Shown: positions 46,808-50,091 of the stretch, one piece after another
Numbering within the stretch: the stretch's first letter is position 1
Layout: every line of letters starts with the position of its first letter
Source: Eledone cirrhosa
Taxonomy: Eukaryota
Length of the DNA: 50,091 bases
Assembly: GCA_964016885.1 (NCBI GenBank)
Contig: CAXHJY010000984.1
Location: forward strand, 1-50,091
Reading direction: 5' to 3'
Translations under genes and position numbers: made by a program
Notes under the pieces: generated by a model
Told to the model about the DNA's origin: nothing
Databases searched by the model: none
Seen by the model: only the letters and a program-made list of their open reading frames with translations

Positions 46808-46810
<3 letters not shown>
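42628..46810 (-). mobile_element. Full-length RTE (BovB-like) LINE
   Basis: Single APE-RT ORF; structured 5' UTR; 3' terminus CTCG-ATAA-CGAG-GGGGCAGCCATCAT resembling RTE ends; 3' UTR with (TG)n, (TTA)n and poly(T); both ends in (TA)n. Confidence 0.9.
42875..46420 (-). CDS. RTE ORF (1181 aa): APE endonuclease, RT, three C2H2 zinc fingers
   Basis: WNVRTL, LSETRL, VYAPT, GDFNARVG, WTDHRLV, NYRGISLL, DLTKAFD, GVKQG, YADD, LRWSGH; fingers CSVC…HLRSH, CQTC…HAKVH, CRLC…HIRSQH. Confidence 0.94.
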   Translation of the reverse strand: MMFQNNVNEIIANLGSGTKRIIGNKGRGPKLSQPGPARHRAIVIEPNRAFSLGCWNVRTLLDRDSLERPERRTALVAKELRRYDLDIVALSETRLAGDGHLTEFCGEYTFFWKGRDEGTRREAGVGFAVKTVLVNKLEEFPVGISERLMSMRVPLDKGRYATLVSVYAPTMNSVDEEKLSFYHALKGVLRNIPQADKVIVLGDFNARVGRDFNTWNVIGRHGVGKCNSNGMLLLQMCEELDLCVTNTMFQQKNKFKTTWMHPASKEWHLLDYVLVRMRDRQDVRCVRVLRGAECWTDHRLVRAKVNLITKRKIRAPGVTLPKRLNAARLKDKNVKRTLEEEMQAADLGEDWPTLKKSVYDVGRRVLGLVQRKHQDWFDEKDVHIDDLLADKRRALSRYLTARPQERNTLHEELRDVKSRVRRSLSQMKDQWWSEKAGEIQTASDCNNTKLLYSLLREVYGPSSSLVTPIRSRDGKELLRDSQGILRRWREHFDDLLNQPSVVSEDFLNLIPESPVKVALAEPPTLVEVAVAISKLNSGRSPGMDGIHAELLQYGGERLLQHLHSLFGRIWANESVPEDWRDAVMVVLYKGKGNRNDCGNYRGISLLSVVGKVLCRVLLDRLLTHIADCVLPESQSGFRVGRGTTDMIFSARQLQEKCIEQGLDLYQVFVDLTKAFDTVNRDALWKVLQKLGCPDKFLALVRSFHDDMKAWVNVGGNMSEPISVKNGVKQGDIPAPTLFAIYFAMVFCVAFRNCEHGVYIRYRTSGSIFNIRRFAAKTKVFTSVIRDLLYADDCDLVAHTESDMQHILNVFSDACTALGLTVSLKKTVVMYQPAPGRQYTEPNIYVYGKRLGVVDQFVYLGSTVNRYGNLDGEISLRIRKASDAFGKLERRLWGRRDICRRTKVKVYRACVLSCLLYACETWVTYRRHLKQLERFHQMCLRRIHGVRWRDHISDVEILESSMCDSIEALVLKQRLRWSGHLARMKDSRIPKQLFYGELVKGKRPPHKPKKRYKDSLKASLKDANISADTWENIAADRNKWRKTVYEGKVAFEASRIAHEKVKRDVRKGIAVALPDGEGPPMFLTCSVCARLCLSKAGLVSHLRSHKVRPVVDYQAAVGDATHHACQTCGRECKSAGGLKRHAKVHELQPQPTIPSKCFGCRLCARHFGSLAGLKSHIRSQHC

Positions 46811-49947
<3,137 letters not shown>

Positions 49948-49985
49948 GAAATTACATGAATCAAAGTTCAGTTTAAATCATTTAT

Positions 49986-50034
49986 TTGCTTACAATTGTT
50001 TCCTCCAAACCGAGGTTTGGATTCTTCGGAGCAA
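49986..50034 (-). ncRNA. Minimal hammerhead ribozyme with a CCGAAGA core (probable PLE 3' end entering from the right edge)
   Basis: ttgct-CCGAAGA-atccaaac ctcg gtttggag-GAAA-caattg-TA-agcaa, about 40 nt from the (TA)n junction. Confidence 0.7.
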
Positions 50035-50091
50035 CTATTTAGTGATTTTTACATACTTGACCTCCTTTTCAACACAAGAGACATATCATGG

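Overview
Eukaryotic, gene-free-looking 50 kb window. It is probably octopus/coleoid, inferred from two copies of a tRNA-derived SINE that I recognise from Octopus genomes. About 40% is interrupted (TA)n microsatellite, and nearly every non-TA block is a retroelement whose ends abut those arrays. These are: four copies of one CR1/L2-group LINE (one full length, two 5'-truncated, one 27-nt stub); an intact RTE/BovB-like LINE with three C-terminal C2H2 fingers; and several Penelope-like element (PLE) families marked by hammerhead ribozyme (HHR) motifs. Main observations: (1) The full-length LINE carries about 44 clustered sense-strand A>G changes that avoid a 5' G, which looks like ADAR A-to-I hyper-edited RNA reverse-transcribed back into the genome. 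(2) A very young Neptune-like PLE has an extra 449-aa upstream ORF linked to RT-GIY-YIG through a U_UUU_UUA -1 frameshift site, and it is present as a 10.8 kb head-to-head palindrome. (3) At least five PLE/HHR families share one architecture: two 3' ends facing outward into (TA)n, often with the inversion at a hairpin. The long Tyr/Ile ORFs are artefacts of the (TA)n arrays. All counts come from manual alignment and need computational confirmation.
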